The position numbers were made by a program, and so were the translations under genes. From the NCBI GenBank assembly GCA_963664815.2, contig CAXXHB010000003.1, forward strand, positions 2,656,001 through 2,720,000: a stretch of 64,000 nucleotides of DNA, read 5' to 3'. The notes beneath the pieces are model-generated. The model was not told where the DNA came from. It saw nothing but the letters and a program-made list of their open reading frames with translations, and ran no database searches. Shown in pieces: positions 49,939-60,277 of this stretch (positions are counted from its first letter, which is position 1; the number at the start of each line of letters is the position of its first letter). The stretch is from Spirochaetota bacterium. Its GTDB lineage: Bacteria; Spirochaetota; UBA4802; UBA5550.

Positions 49939-50721
49939 TCAGCTCCGTAAAAAGAATTCTCTGGTTTTTTCAAAAACGAAATCCTTCTCATTATCAAGAA
50001 CAATCAAATGATAACTGTTCCTGAGTTTTATATATTCTTTTATCTCAGATTTTATTTTCTTATACACAACATCAGCACTTCTGGTACTGGTAATATCATC
50101 CCTCTCAGAGTGAATAAGAAGTACAGGGGTTGTTACTTTATAGAAATTTCTTCTTGAGTACCGAGAAAGCCTTTCAAGCTCAAGTATACATAGACCCGGG
50201 AAGCAGTCAAGAATATCAGCATCTTCCTTATCCATTGCCTTCTGTACGCGCTCCCGAGCCTTATCGCTCTTGACTCCAAGAGCTGCAGCTTCGGGTAATG
50301 CCCAGAAAAATTTTATAACAGTATATAATGCGAGGGGAAGCATGAACCTGTATTTTGGAATACTCCATCCATCATAAAATAAAGTTGTTGAAAGACATAC
50401 TACCCTTTTGACAGATTTTCTTTCACCTGCAATATTCAGAGCAAGAACTGCTCCAAGGCATATACCCGAAACATTTACTTCTTCATATATTTCTTTAAGT
50501 CTATCATATTCACTTATTGCAAAATTATTCCAGTCGTGCCAGGTCGTTTTTTTAAGAGCTTCTGTACTCTGACAATGTCCAGGTAATGTTGGTATATAGA
50601 CATCAAAACCAGAGGCATAAAGATCTTTTCCCAAATAGGCTAATTCTGTTGGCGCACCGGTCATCCCATGCAAAAGAAGAACCGCCTTATTTACATCACT
50701 GTCATGCTTTAATTCAATCAC
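49939..50721 (-). CDS. Alpha/beta hydrolase (carboxylesterase-like) with Cys nucleophile
   Basis: LLHGMTG, LPGH, GICLG elbow, HSERDD, SYH; AGGTG RBS. Confidence 0.88.
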   Translation of the reverse strand: MIELKHDSDVNKAVLLLHGMTGAPTELAYLGKDLYASGFDVYIPTLPGHCQSTEALKKTTWHDWNNFAISEYDRLKEIYEEVNVSGICLGAVLALNIAGERKSVKRVVCLSTTLFYDGWSIPKYRFMLPLALYTVIKFFWALPEAAALGVKSDKARERVQKAMDKEDADILDCFPGLCILELERLSRYSRRNFYKVTTPVLLIHSERDDITSTRSADVVYKKIKSEIKEYIKLRNSYHLIVLDNEKDFVFEKTREFFLRS

Positions 50722-51005
50722 CTGATCTACCTTATAATAAAAAATTTAGATATTGGATACTAATAATTTTATCTCAGGTTTTTTCAAGTAAAATTATTAA
50801 TATACTGACATCGATCTCCTTTTAAAAATGTGCTGAAAAGAACCATCAGATAAATATTATATATTATTCATATTCACAGTATTTAAATTTATTAATCCGA
50901 GATTACACTTACGTTATTATTGACTCCAGCAAGCTTTTATACTATTATTTACTGATATTATCTTATTAATAATATACAGAAATATAATCCGCAAAGGAGC
51001 TATTC

Positions 51006-51638
51006 ATGAAAAAAATCAGCCTGATATTATCTTTATGTATTACTTTATCCTGCTCAAAACAGATCAAAGTCGACATGAAAATTTTAAATTATACCGGCCG
51101 GGTTACCGTAAACACCGTTATTGTCAAAGATACTCAAACAGCATTAAAAACCGGCGACTTAATTGAAACAATGGATAACTCCATATGTGATATTATCATA
51201 AATGAAAAAAATATCATCAGGCTTAATCCAGGCTCCAAGCTTAAACTTAACATTTCTGAAAGCACTCTCATCCTTGAAAAAGGCTGGCTTGGGGCTGTAA
51301 CAAGGAAAATATTCACAGACACAGGCAAATTTATTGTCAAAACCCCTACAGTTACCGCAGCGATAAGAGGCACTTCATTCTGCATAAAGGTTGAGAACGA
51401 AAAAAGCACATACTTCTGTACATGTAACGGTTCGATTGAACTGAAGGGTGAGGCAAGCAGCATTAATGAAACCGTCACAGCAGCTCACCATGCCGCAAGA
51501 AGATTTATACTCGATAAAAGCGGGGCAATAATTGAAGATAACAACCCTGGGTTGCTGTATCATGCCGATAACAGCGTTGAAGTGCTGGCAGGAATAATAA
51601 ATGAAAAAATAGACTGGAATATACCAGATATCCATTAA
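51006..51638 (+). CDS. FecR-domain lipoprotein
   Basis: TLSC lipobox, GDLIET, VKTPTVTAAIRGTSF; AAGGAG RBS. Confidence 0.82.
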   Translation: MKKISLILSLCITLSCSKQIKVDMKILNYTGRVTVNTVIVKDTQTALKTGDLIETMDNSICDIIINEKNIIRLNPGSKLKLNISESTLILEKGWLGAVTRKIFTDTGKFIVKTPTVTAAIRGTSFCIKVENEKSTYFCTCNGSIELKGEASSINETVTAAHHAARRFILDKSGAIIEDNNPGLLYHADNSVEVLAGIINEKIDWNIPDIH

Positions 51639-51723
51639 CCTGAAAAAAGTTACTTTTACATGATGCAAATGCAATTCTCTCATGAAGTGGGGATACATCC
51701 ATTGAAAATATGTTACTGAATCA

Positions 51724-54204
51724 TTATTGATTATTTTTTACTGCCTCTTCCGTTTCAAATATCTTTCTTATCGCATTTGTTAACTGTGATGTTGTCAGAG
51801 GTTTTTTCAGAAGACTGGAGATAAGGTATTCTTCGGCTTTTTTCTCCATCATAATACTTATGTAACCTGAAGTCATTATAACCGGAATGTCAGGGTTTTT
51901 TATTTTTATATTCTCCACAAAATCAAATCCATTCATTTGCGGCATGGCATAGTCAGTGATTATAATATCAAATCCGTCTGGATTGCTGTTAAAGGTATCC
52001 AGTGCTTCCTGACTGTTTTTAAATACAGTGACATTGTATCCCAACCCTTTAAGAATTCTGTAAAATGATTCAACAACAATCTGCTCATCATCGACAAGCA
52101 TAATCCTTTCACTGCCTCCTCTTATAATTATTTCATCAGGCAGCTCAAGAACATTATTGCTTACAGCCGGAATAATAATATTGAACACAGTTCCTTTAGA
52201 GGCTTCAGAATAAACAGTTATTAAACCGTTAAGCTTCCTTACAATGCCGTGCACAACAGAAAGACCAAGCCCGGTTCCCTCCCCCTGAGGTTTTGTTGTA
52301 AAAAACGGTTCGAATATGGAATCTATAATTTCCGGTTTAATACCGCTCCCTGTATCAGCAACGGTGAGCAGTATATGTTCACCACATACAACAGGCGGAT
52401 GAGATTTGGCGTATTCTTTATCAACATAAAAATCTTCAAGACTCACACTGATCTTGCCGGGTTTAATTCCTATTGCATGAACTGCGTTTGTGCAAAGATT
52501 TACCAGCAGCTGATGGAGCTGTGTAGGGTCTGCCATTATTGCCTTTTCACTGAATATTTCAGATTCAATTTCTATTGTTGCGGGAGTGGAAGCTCTCAGC
52601 AGTTTTATTATCTCCTTTATAATCTGCCTCGGTGAAACTACACTGAGTTCAGTTTCCCCTCCCCTGCTGAATATAAGAATCTGGTTAACAAGATCCCTTG
52701 CTCTCACCGCTGCCTTCATGATTTCCTGAATATATTTCTGTGTCTTAACCGGATTACATTCGACATTTAGTGAAAGTTCAGAATAACCGAATATTCCCGA
52801 AAGTATATTATTAAAGTCATGCGCAATACCTCCGGCCATTGTTCCAATTGACTCCATTTTCTGCGCCTGCTGCATCCTCTTTTCAAGTAGAAGCTCATCT
52901 GTAACGTCTCTTCCTATCTCCAGATAACTCCTGATTGAACCTTTCTCATCTTTAATCGATACAACTATAACTGATATAGTTTTCTCATCTCCCTGACCGA
53001 ATATTGCCTTAATGTAACCTGACCATGCAACACCACTGTTTAGTGTTATCCAGATATCATCCGGATCAATTCCGGCTGTGTTTACCAGCAATAGAGGAGT
53101 TCCTATAAGTTCCTTTTCACTTCTCCTTAAAAGTTTCTGGGCTAAGGGATTTGCAAATGTGATCATTCTGTCAATACCAATACCGATAATCATCTCTGTA
53201 GAATTAGCTGTAACATTCTTCATAATTTCAAGCATCCGCTCAACAGGATTGCTTATTCTCTTCGAGAAGATTATAATTGATAAAATAGTTATTACAAGAA
53301 AAATAATTCCTATAATCATCACAGCAAACAGAATTTTATTTACAGGTTTCATAATTTCATCCAGATTCTGTGTAAATACAATATTCCATCCTGTTATACC
53401 TAAAGGTGCATAACCTGCAATTTTCTCGGTACCTCTGAATTTATAACTTACTGCTCCCGCCTCCTTCCTGAGAATTTTATAAAGCAACTCCTCCATTCCA
53501 TGTTCATCATTCATATTTGCTTTTAATATATATTCTTCACTCGGATGAACTATAGTGAGGCCGTTTTTGTCTGTAATAAACGCATAACCTGTTTCTCCTG
53601 TACGGAATACGGATATTCTCCTTTCAATGACTTCAAGCTTATGTGTTGCAGCGACAATTCCGATAAAATTCTTCCCATGATACACAGGTGCGCTGACAAC
53701 GATAATTGGAGTACCGGTATTTTTATCTGAAGCCGGACCCCTTGTCAGAATCGGCCCTGTTACACTGGAATATCCAGACTTTGCATGAATAAAATATTCT
53801 CTGTCTGACAGATCAAGACCCAGCCTTACATCATCAAAAACATCAACCCTGCTTATTCCATCTTTATCAGTTAAAAAAAATGAAATATAGCTGCTTCCTA
53901 CTCTGTTATAAATGAGCTTGAGTTCGTCCTTTGCTTTTTTATAATTACCTGAAGATATTGCGTTTATTAAAACAGAATCAGTTGCAATTGCAGAAACTGT
54001 CTTTAGTTCTTCTGAAAATATTGAATCAATCAGAACCGAAATGTCTTTAGCCACTAAAACTGATTTTTCACGTGTAATTTCTATAAAAAAACCTGAAAGC
54101 TGAATATAAATAATAATCCCGGTTATTAAAAAAGGTATTAATACTGCCGCAATGCCTCCTATTATCATTCTGGTTCTTAATGACATATAACCGGTTATCT
54201 TCAT
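51724..54204 (-). CDS. Membrane hybrid histidine kinase (dCache-PAS-HisKA-HATPase-REC)
   Basis: Two TM helices around a Cache domain (DLSDREYF, GETGYAFI), AHDFNN, EPFFTTK, GTGLGL, receiver VDDE/TDYAMP/KP. Confidence 0.92.
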   Translation of the reverse strand: MKITGYMSLRTRMIIGGIAAVLIPFLITGIIIYIQLSGFFIEITREKSVLVAKDISVLIDSIFSEELKTVSAIATDSVLINAISSGNYKKAKDELKLIYNRVGSSYISFFLTDKDGISRVDVFDDVRLGLDLSDREYFIHAKSGYSSVTGPILTRGPASDKNTGTPIIVVSAPVYHGKNFIGIVAATHKLEVIERRISVFRTGETGYAFITDKNGLTIVHPSEEYILKANMNDEHGMEELLYKILRKEAGAVSYKFRGTEKIAGYAPLGITGWNIVFTQNLDEIMKPVNKILFAVMIIGIIFLVITILSIIIFSKRISNPVERMLEIMKNVTANSTEMIIGIGIDRMITFANPLAQKLLRRSEKELIGTPLLLVNTAGIDPDDIWITLNSGVAWSGYIKAIFGQGDEKTISVIVVSIKDEKGSIRSYLEIGRDVTDELLLEKRMQQAQKMESIGTMAGGIAHDFNNILSGIFGYSELSLNVECNPVKTQKYIQEIMKAAVRARDLVNQILIFSRGGETELSVVSPRQIIKEIIKLLRASTPATIEIESEIFSEKAIMADPTQLHQLLVNLCTNAVHAIGIKPGKISVSLEDFYVDKEYAKSHPPVVCGEHILLTVADTGSGIKPEIIDSIFEPFFTTKPQGEGTGLGLSVVHGIVRKLNGLITVYSEASKGTVFNIIIPAVSNNVLELPDEIIIRGGSERIMLVDDEQIVVESFYRILKGLGYNVTVFKNSQEALDTFNSNPDGFDIIITDYAMPQMNGFDFVENIKIKNPDIPVIMTSGYISIMMEKKAEEYLISSLLKKPLTTSQLTNAIRKIFETEEAVKNNQ

Positions 54205-54595
54205 GATTATTTTTTCTAAAAAGTAGGTCATATTATTTAACAATCTTCAGTTTTACTGCACTATCTGAAAATACCTATATTCTCACATTTAGTCAATTAA
54301 ATCAGCAGAATGCTTAACACCCAACACCCGTGTTGGCATTAAAAAGCTTACAGTGGCATTCTCACTTTCAGCCTTAATAATTAATAATTTTTTATCTGTT
54401 ACTGGCGGATCAGATCAACCTGTTTCTGTATATATTAAATACTTGACCTTATATCCATCCATTAATTTATTAATATAAAATCAATGTATTGTTAATTTTT
54501 ATTATATGAGTAATTAAATATTCCTGATATTATAATTGCATTAAATTAGTTTGTCATTATGTGTGTAAAAAAATACAGTATTTATATAAATTACG

Positions 54596-55438
54596 GTGCA
54601 GGAGATGTATAATTTCAGAAATCTTAAAATACTAATTGATATGGCGCTTTATGAAGATCTTCTTGATAAGGGAGATATAACTTCGGAATCAATTTTCAAT
54701 AATGAAATATATTCATATAAACTCATAGCAAAGGAAAACGGCATACTCTGTGGAATTGATATATTCTATTCGGTGATGAAACATGTAGATGAACGCATTG
54801 TTATAACTAATAACTTCAGCGACAGGAATGTAATAAAACAGGGTGATATTATATCTGATGTTTCCGGGCCGGTAATTTCCATTCTCAAAGCCGAACGTAC
54901 AGCCCTGAATTTTATATCTCATCTTTCCGCAATCGCCACTAAAACCTCCGCTTTTGTAAGAGAAGCTGAAGGGAAAGTAATAATCCTTGATACACGAAAA
55001 ACCCTCCCTGCCTACAGGGAACTTCAGAAATATGCAGTAGAATGCGGCGGCGGCAGCAACCACAGGATGGGACTTTATGATATGATTATGATAAAGGATA
55101 ATCACAGTGACGCAGCCGGCGGAATTACCGCTGCGGTTGAGAAGGTTAAATTAAAGTGGGGTAACAGGTATAAAATAGAAGTTGAAACAAGGAACATAAA
55201 AGAGGTAGAGGAAGCGCTCGAATGCGGTGTTGACAGGATTATGCTTGATAATATGAGCGACAATGATATGAAAAACGCCGTCAATATAATAGGGGACAGA
55301 GCTGAAACTGAAGCTTCCGGGAACATGACTTTAAAAAGGATTAAAGGCGTCTCTCAAACCGGAGTTGACTATATATCATTCGGTGAGCTTACTAATTCAG
55401 TAAAGGCTTTCGATTTCAGCCTTAAAGAAATAAAATAA
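54596..55438 (+). CDS. nadC: Quinolinate phosphoribosyltransferase
   Basis: ERTALN, DTRKTLP, NHRMGLYD.IMIKDNH, EVE, IMLDN, EASG. Confidence 0.96.
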   Translation: MQEMYNFRNLKILIDMALYEDLLDKGDITSESIFNNEIYSYKLIAKENGILCGIDIFYSVMKHVDERIVITNNFSDRNVIKQGDIISDVSGPVISILKAERTALNFISHLSAIATKTSAFVREAEGKVIILDTRKTLPAYRELQKYAVECGGGSNHRMGLYDMIMIKDNHSDAAGGITAAVEKVKLKWGNRYKIEVETRNIKEVEEALECGVDRIMLDNMSDNDMKNAVNIIGDRAETEASGNMTLKRIKGVSQTGVDYISFGELTNSVKAFDFSLKEIK

Positions 55439-55468
55439 AAAAACGTTATTAATCAGAAAGGTAACTTT

Positions 55469-56542
55469 ATGAGCTTTGAAAATTTCAGTGAAAAAATGCT
55501 TACAGATTATATTATCGAAGCTAAAAAAAGACTCGGTTCTAGACTGGTTATCCCGGCGCATCATTATATAAATAAAGACCTGGTGAAACTTGCCGACTTC
55601 ACAGGTGATTCATACAAGCTTGCCGTCGATGTAAGCAGAAGCAGCGCGGAGTTTATTGTATTCTGCGGTGTACGTTTTATGGCTGACGGAGCTAAAGTTC
55701 TGGCAGGTGACAACCAGCATATACTCCACCCGGAGCCTGATGCGGGTTGTCCCATGGCTGAAATGATCGATGAATCTACCGCTGAACGTGCAGTTGAAAA
55801 AATAAGCGGAGTTTGTTCGCGAGGGATAATACCACTTGTTTACATGAATTCATACGCTGATTCAAAGAGTTTCTGCGGCAGAAAAGGTGGTGCAGTCTGC
55901 ACAAGCTCCAACGCTGAGAAGATAGTCCGTCATTACCTCGACCGTGGTCAGAGCCTTTTCTTCTTCCCCGATTATCATCTTGGTCACAATGTTGCACGCA
56001 ATATTTTACTTGATGATTCTCATGTAATAAAAGTCGGCAGAGATTTAACTCTTGAAGATGGGAAGAATTACAGTGAAGGAAAAATGTTTTTATGGGATGG
56101 GTTCTGCCCCATACACCAGGAATTCGATGACTCTGATGTAATCTCGATGAGAAGAACTTATCCCGACGCCACAATTATTGTTCATCCAGAGTCAAAAAAA
56201 AGTGTTGTAACACTTTCTGACATGTCAGGTTCTACTCAGCAGATATATGACAGAATTGCGAAATCCGAAAAGGGATCGGTATGGATTATAGGGACAGAAA
56301 CAACTTTTGTAAAAAGAATAGCTGACACATTCACTGATAAAACAGTTCTCCCTTTGAAGCAATCACCCTGTAAAAACATGGTTAAACTTAATCTCAGGAA
56401 CACAGCCGAAACAATTAAGTCTGTTGAAGATTATGCAGCCGGAAAGGGTTCACTTAAAAATGAAGTTTTTGTCGATTATAAGCTTAAAGAAAACGCTAAG
56501 ATTGCGCTTCAGAGAATGATAGATATAGTTGAAGGAAAATAA
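55469..56542 (+). CDS. nadA: Quinolinate synthase
   Basis: AHHY, GDSY.L, FCGVRFMA, AGCPMA, CTSSNA, FCPIH, HPE, C..M. Confidence 0.94.
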   Translation: MSFENFSEKMLTDYIIEAKKRLGSRLVIPAHHYINKDLVKLADFTGDSYKLAVDVSRSSAEFIVFCGVRFMADGAKVLAGDNQHILHPEPDAGCPMAEMIDESTAERAVEKISGVCSRGIIPLVYMNSYADSKSFCGRKGGAVCTSSNAEKIVRHYLDRGQSLFFFPDYHLGHNVARNILLDDSHVIKVGRDLTLEDGKNYSEGKMFLWDGFCPIHQEFDDSDVISMRRTYPDATIIVHPESKKSVVTLSDMSGSTQQIYDRIAKSEKGSVWIIGTETTFVKRIADTFTDKTVLPLKQSPCKNMVKLNLRNTAETIKSVEDYAAGKGSLKNEVFVDYKLKENAKIALQRMIDIVEGK

Positions 56543-56577
56543 AAATAGATACCGTCTGCCGGTATCCCTGGAGACAA

Positions 56578-58152
56578 GTGATGAGACACCATTTTGATGC
56601 TGTAGTTGTTGGCACAGGAATTGCAGGATTAACATGTGCCATATACTTAAAAAAAGCCGGACTTGATGTCGTTGTAATGACTAAGGAGAGCCGTATATCC
56701 GATTCAAATACTTTCTACGCCCAGGGGGGTATCATTGCCGCAAAAGATGACGATTCAGCTGTACTGCTTAAACAGGATATACTACAGGCAGGTTGTTCAT
56801 ACAACAGAATAGACGCTGTTGATTATTTCACCAAATACGGCCCTCCCCTTGTTTTTGAATTTCTCGTCAATGAAGTCGGCATTCAGTTCAGTAAATCAAA
56901 AGAAGGAATTATTGATTATACAGAGGAGGCTGCTCACAGTATAAGACGTATTGTCCACTACGAGGATCATACCGGGGATAAAATTGAATACTCCCTCATT
57001 GACCATGCAAAAAAAATGGGAGTAAAGTTTCTGGTTGACTATACAGCTATCGACCTCATCACAAATAATCACCATTCACGTAATACGCAGGAGCTTTACA
57101 GGGAACGTGAAGTTATGGGGATCTACGCCCACAACAACAAGAAAGAAGAGGCTGAAACATTCTTCGCACAGAGCGTTGTTCTTGCAACCGGCGGAATAGG
57201 AAATCTCTATTATCACACATCCAATCCTGTCTCCGCCACGGGAGATGGAATCAGCATGGCACACAGAGCTGGTGCTGATATTATCAACGCTGAATTTGTA
57301 CAGTTCCATCCGACAACTCTTTTCCATAAAGATATTAAAAGATTTCTTATATCGGAATCTCTCAGGGGGGAGGGAGCGCGCCTGAAGGATCATGACGGAA
57401 ATGAGTTCATGTACGAATACTCGGAGATGGGAGACCTTGCACCAAGGGATGTTGTCGCGCGTGCAATATATGACCGAATGTCCAAAACGGGAAAGGAGTA
57501 TATGTTCCTTGATATAGCTAATTATTACAACGGTCGTCTCCCTCTTGAAGAACGTTTTTCCATGATATACTCGACATGTAAAAAAGGCGGAATAGACATA
57601 ACCAGGGAACCTATTCCAATAGTACCGGCAGCACACTATTTCTGCGGAGGTATCAAGACCGATATAAAAGGGAGAAGCTCCCTTAAAAATCTTTACGCCG
57701 TAGGTGAGGCATCATGCACAGGTCTCCATGGGGCAAACCGACTGGCCTCAACATCACTCCTTGAAGGATTGCTGTGGGGTAAATCCGCAGCCGAGGATAT
57801 TATATCAAAACGATATAAAATCAATGGCAGACGCTTCAACAGTATACCGGACTGGGAAAAACCGAATTATACAGAAGAATTTGATCCTCTTTTAATAGAC
57901 CAGGATATGAAAGCAATCCAGCTGACGATGTGGAATTATGCAGGAATAATCAGAACTGTCAAAGGTCTTCGGCGGGCAGAGGCGGACCTCGACTATTACT
58001 CCCACAGGATTATGAGGTTTTATAAAAGCGCCCGACTTCATAAGGATATAATTCAACTCCGTAACGCTGTGGTATGTTCACTTCTTATTGTATCAGCAGC
58101 CCTGCGGAATACAAAATCTGTTGGATGCCATTGCCTGGTGAAACATAAATAA
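56578..58152 (+). CDS. nadB: L-aspartate oxidase
   Basis: GTGIAG, AQGGI, EAAHS..RI, QFHPT, ESLRGEG, LAPRDVVAR, HGANRLASTSLLE. Confidence 0.95.
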   Translation: MMRHHFDAVVVGTGIAGLTCAIYLKKAGLDVVVMTKESRISDSNTFYAQGGIIAAKDDDSAVLLKQDILQAGCSYNRIDAVDYFTKYGPPLVFEFLVNEVGIQFSKSKEGIIDYTEEAAHSIRRIVHYEDHTGDKIEYSLIDHAKKMGVKFLVDYTAIDLITNNHHSRNTQELYREREVMGIYAHNNKKEEAETFFAQSVVLATGGIGNLYYHTSNPVSATGDGISMAHRAGADIINAEFVQFHPTTLFHKDIKRFLISESLRGEGARLKDHDGNEFMYEYSEMGDLAPRDVVARAIYDRMSKTGKEYMFLDIANYYNGRLPLEERFSMIYSTCKKGGIDITREPIPIVPAAHYFCGGIKTDIKGRSSLKNLYAVGEASCTGLHGANRLASTSLLEGLLWGKSAAEDIISKRYKINGRRFNSIPDWEKPNYTEEFDPLLIDQDMKAIQLTMWNYAGIIRTVKGLRRAEADLDYYSHRIMRFYKSARLHKDIIQLRNAVVCSLLIVSAALRNTKSVGCHCLVKHK

Positions 58153-58159
58153 ATTTTAG

Positions 58160-59002
58160 ATGAACCGGCCAATATTTATCTGTCCAGCATGTAAATCTCC
58201 ACTGACCCGCGGATTGAAAACATATACCTGTGTTAATAATCATACATATGATGTATCGAAAGAGGGATATGTAAATCTGCTTCTTGCCAATCAGAAACAG
58301 AGCCGCGAACCGGGGGACTCGAAAGAGATGATTAATGCAAGAAAATCATTTCTCAATAAAGGTTATTATAAACCGCTTGCGGATAAAGTAACGTCATCTA
58401 TAAACAGATACTGTGACAAACCCCGCCCGGTTCCATTAACAATCCTTGATGCCGGTTGCGGAGAGGGCTACTATACAGATTTTATCTCCAGAAATATCAT
58501 ATCGGATAATCCACTGTCTGTATATGGACTTGACATATCGCGTGAAGGAATAAAATCCGCCGCGAAAAGAAACAGTGAGATATTCTTTGCTGTTGCCGGG
58601 ATTTATAATATGCCTGTAACTGATCAATCAGTTAACATACTAACAAATATTTTTGCACCGTTTAATGAAGCAGAATTCGGAAGAGTGATTGATGATGACG
58701 GAATTATAATATCCGTCACACCGGGAGCTGATCATCTTTATGAGCTGAAAAAGAATATTTATGATGAAGTATATCTCAACGATGAAGTATTAGAATCAAC
58801 CGGTAAGCTGTATATCTCTGAAACTGAAAGAATCCGGTATGAATTTACTATATCAGCTAATTATGATATTGCCAGTCTTTTAAAGATGACCCCCTATTAT
58901 TATAAAAGCTCTCATGAAAGGATTGAATCCTTTCTTTCATCTGCAGAAGAGATTAAAATTACTGCCGATTTCCTTATAAGAACTTTCAGAAAAATATGTT
59001 AA
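58160..59002 (+). CDS. rlmA: 23S rRNA m1G745/748 methyltransferase RlmA-like
   Basis: CPAC..C..NH Zn finger, EGYVNLL, PGDSKEM..AR..FL, LDAGCGEGYY, MTPYY. Confidence 0.85.
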   Translation: MNRPIFICPACKSPLTRGLKTYTCVNNHTYDVSKEGYVNLLLANQKQSREPGDSKEMINARKSFLNKGYYKPLADKVTSSINRYCDKPRPVPLTILDAGCGEGYYTDFISRNIISDNPLSVYGLDISREGIKSAAKRNSEIFFAVAGIYNMPVTDQSVNILTNIFAPFNEAEFGRVIDDDGIIISVTPGADHLYELKKNIYDEVYLNDEVLESTGKLYISETERIRYEFTISANYDIASLLKMTPYYYKSSHERIESFLSSAEEIKITADFLIRTFRKIC

Positions 59003-59160
59003 AAAGCTATAACAGGAAGTACTTATTTAACACAACATCCGGTACAACTGCATAGAGGCTGAATCTTAATTCAAAACAGAATGAAATAAGTAACAAAAAC
59101 CTCTTGCAAAATATTGTATCAAATGTAAAAAATATTCAACTTTAATCTCCGGAGATTTTA

Positions 59161-59961
59161 ATGAAAAAAAAGTTTATTCTGCTGTGGATATTATCATCTG
59201 TTCTGATGATTTCAGTATCTGCGCTTATTATTTATAAAAAGGAAAAATCACTGACAAGTTACGTAAAAGACTACAGCGATACATCCTACAAGATTGAAAG
59301 AGATTTTATAGAAAACATCTCTGTTTACAGGGACTACGTAAAGCCGAATCTTGTAAGCGAACTTCAGATGTTTGATCTTCACGCCCATGCCATTGAGGTA
59401 GCTAAACATGGAATACCACCCCTTAAAAACCTGGATGATATAAATGCAAATATCAGGGATGGAAAGCTTGTTCCTGTTACTACTGAAGGAGATAAACTCT
59501 ACTATTTTCACAATGTCCAGAAGGAATACCGGTATCTGACTCCGCAGGGAAAGGCCGGCCTTGAACTTGTTGCTGAAAGGTTTCAGAATAAACTTCAGTC
59601 GCATAAATCCGGTCTGCCACCGGTTAAACTTGCTGTATCTTCAGTTATTCGTACTGTTGACTATCAGGAGATAATATTCGGAAGAAAATTTGTTTCCACT
59701 CACAGCTACGGCGGATGCTTCGACATTTTTTTTGAAGATTATTACGTACAGCTCCCGGTATCAGGTACATATGGAAAAACAGAGGAAACTATACGGAAGA
59801 TTCTTCACAACCGCATAGGCTATCTTATGGGGGATGCTCTCAGGGAACAGTTCAGATCAGTCCTTATGGAAACTCTCCTTGAGCTTCAGCGGGAGAAAAA
59901 GATATACGCCTTTCTGGAAGATGACAGAAGATGTTATCATATTACAATTTTAATTCAATAA
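59161..59961 (+). CDS. DUF5715-like putative Zn peptidase (M15/hedgehog fold), membrane-anchored
   Basis: YLTP, SSVIRT...Q, STHSYGGCFDI, CYHITI. Confidence 0.65.
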   Translation: MKKKFILLWILSSVLMISVSALIIYKKEKSLTSYVKDYSDTSYKIERDFIENISVYRDYVKPNLVSELQMFDLHAHAIEVAKHGIPPLKNLDDINANIRDGKLVPVTTEGDKLYYFHNVQKEYRYLTPQGKAGLELVAERFQNKLQSHKSGLPPVKLAVSSVIRTVDYQEIIFGRKFVSTHSYGGCFDIFFEDYYVQLPVSGTYGKTEETIRKILHNRIGYLMGDALREQFRSVLMETLLELQREKKIYAFLEDDRRCYHITILIQ

Positions 59962-59965
59962 AGAA

Positions 59966-60277
59966 TTAAAAGGCAAAATACTGGAGCATAAACCATGTAG
60001 TTCCAATAGATGCAAAAACGGGAAGAATCAGCCCGCCTGCAAACCATGCAGTAACTGCTGCAGCCGCTATACCGGCAATACCTGCAGCAGGATTGCCGGG
60101 GAATGATATTATTATTCCGGGTAATATCAATGCGCCAAGCGCCGTAACAGGCATATAATCAAGAAATCTTTTAAGATATGATGGAAGATTTTCCCCTATC
60201 GTAAATATGAAAGGAATAACTCTCAGAAGGTAATTAACTCCTCCGCAGGCAATTATTATAATAATGGTATTGCTCAC
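59966..60277 (-). CDS. azlD: AzlD-family branched-chain amino acid exporter small subunit
   Basis: YLLRVIPF, FLDYMP...LGALI.P; stop/start overlap with azlC. Confidence 0.85.
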   Translation of the reverse strand: MSNTIIIIIACGGVNYLLRVIPFIFTIGENLPSYLKRFLDYMPVTALGALILPGIIISFPGNPAAGIAGIAAAAVTAWFAGGLILPVFASIGTTWFMLQYFAF

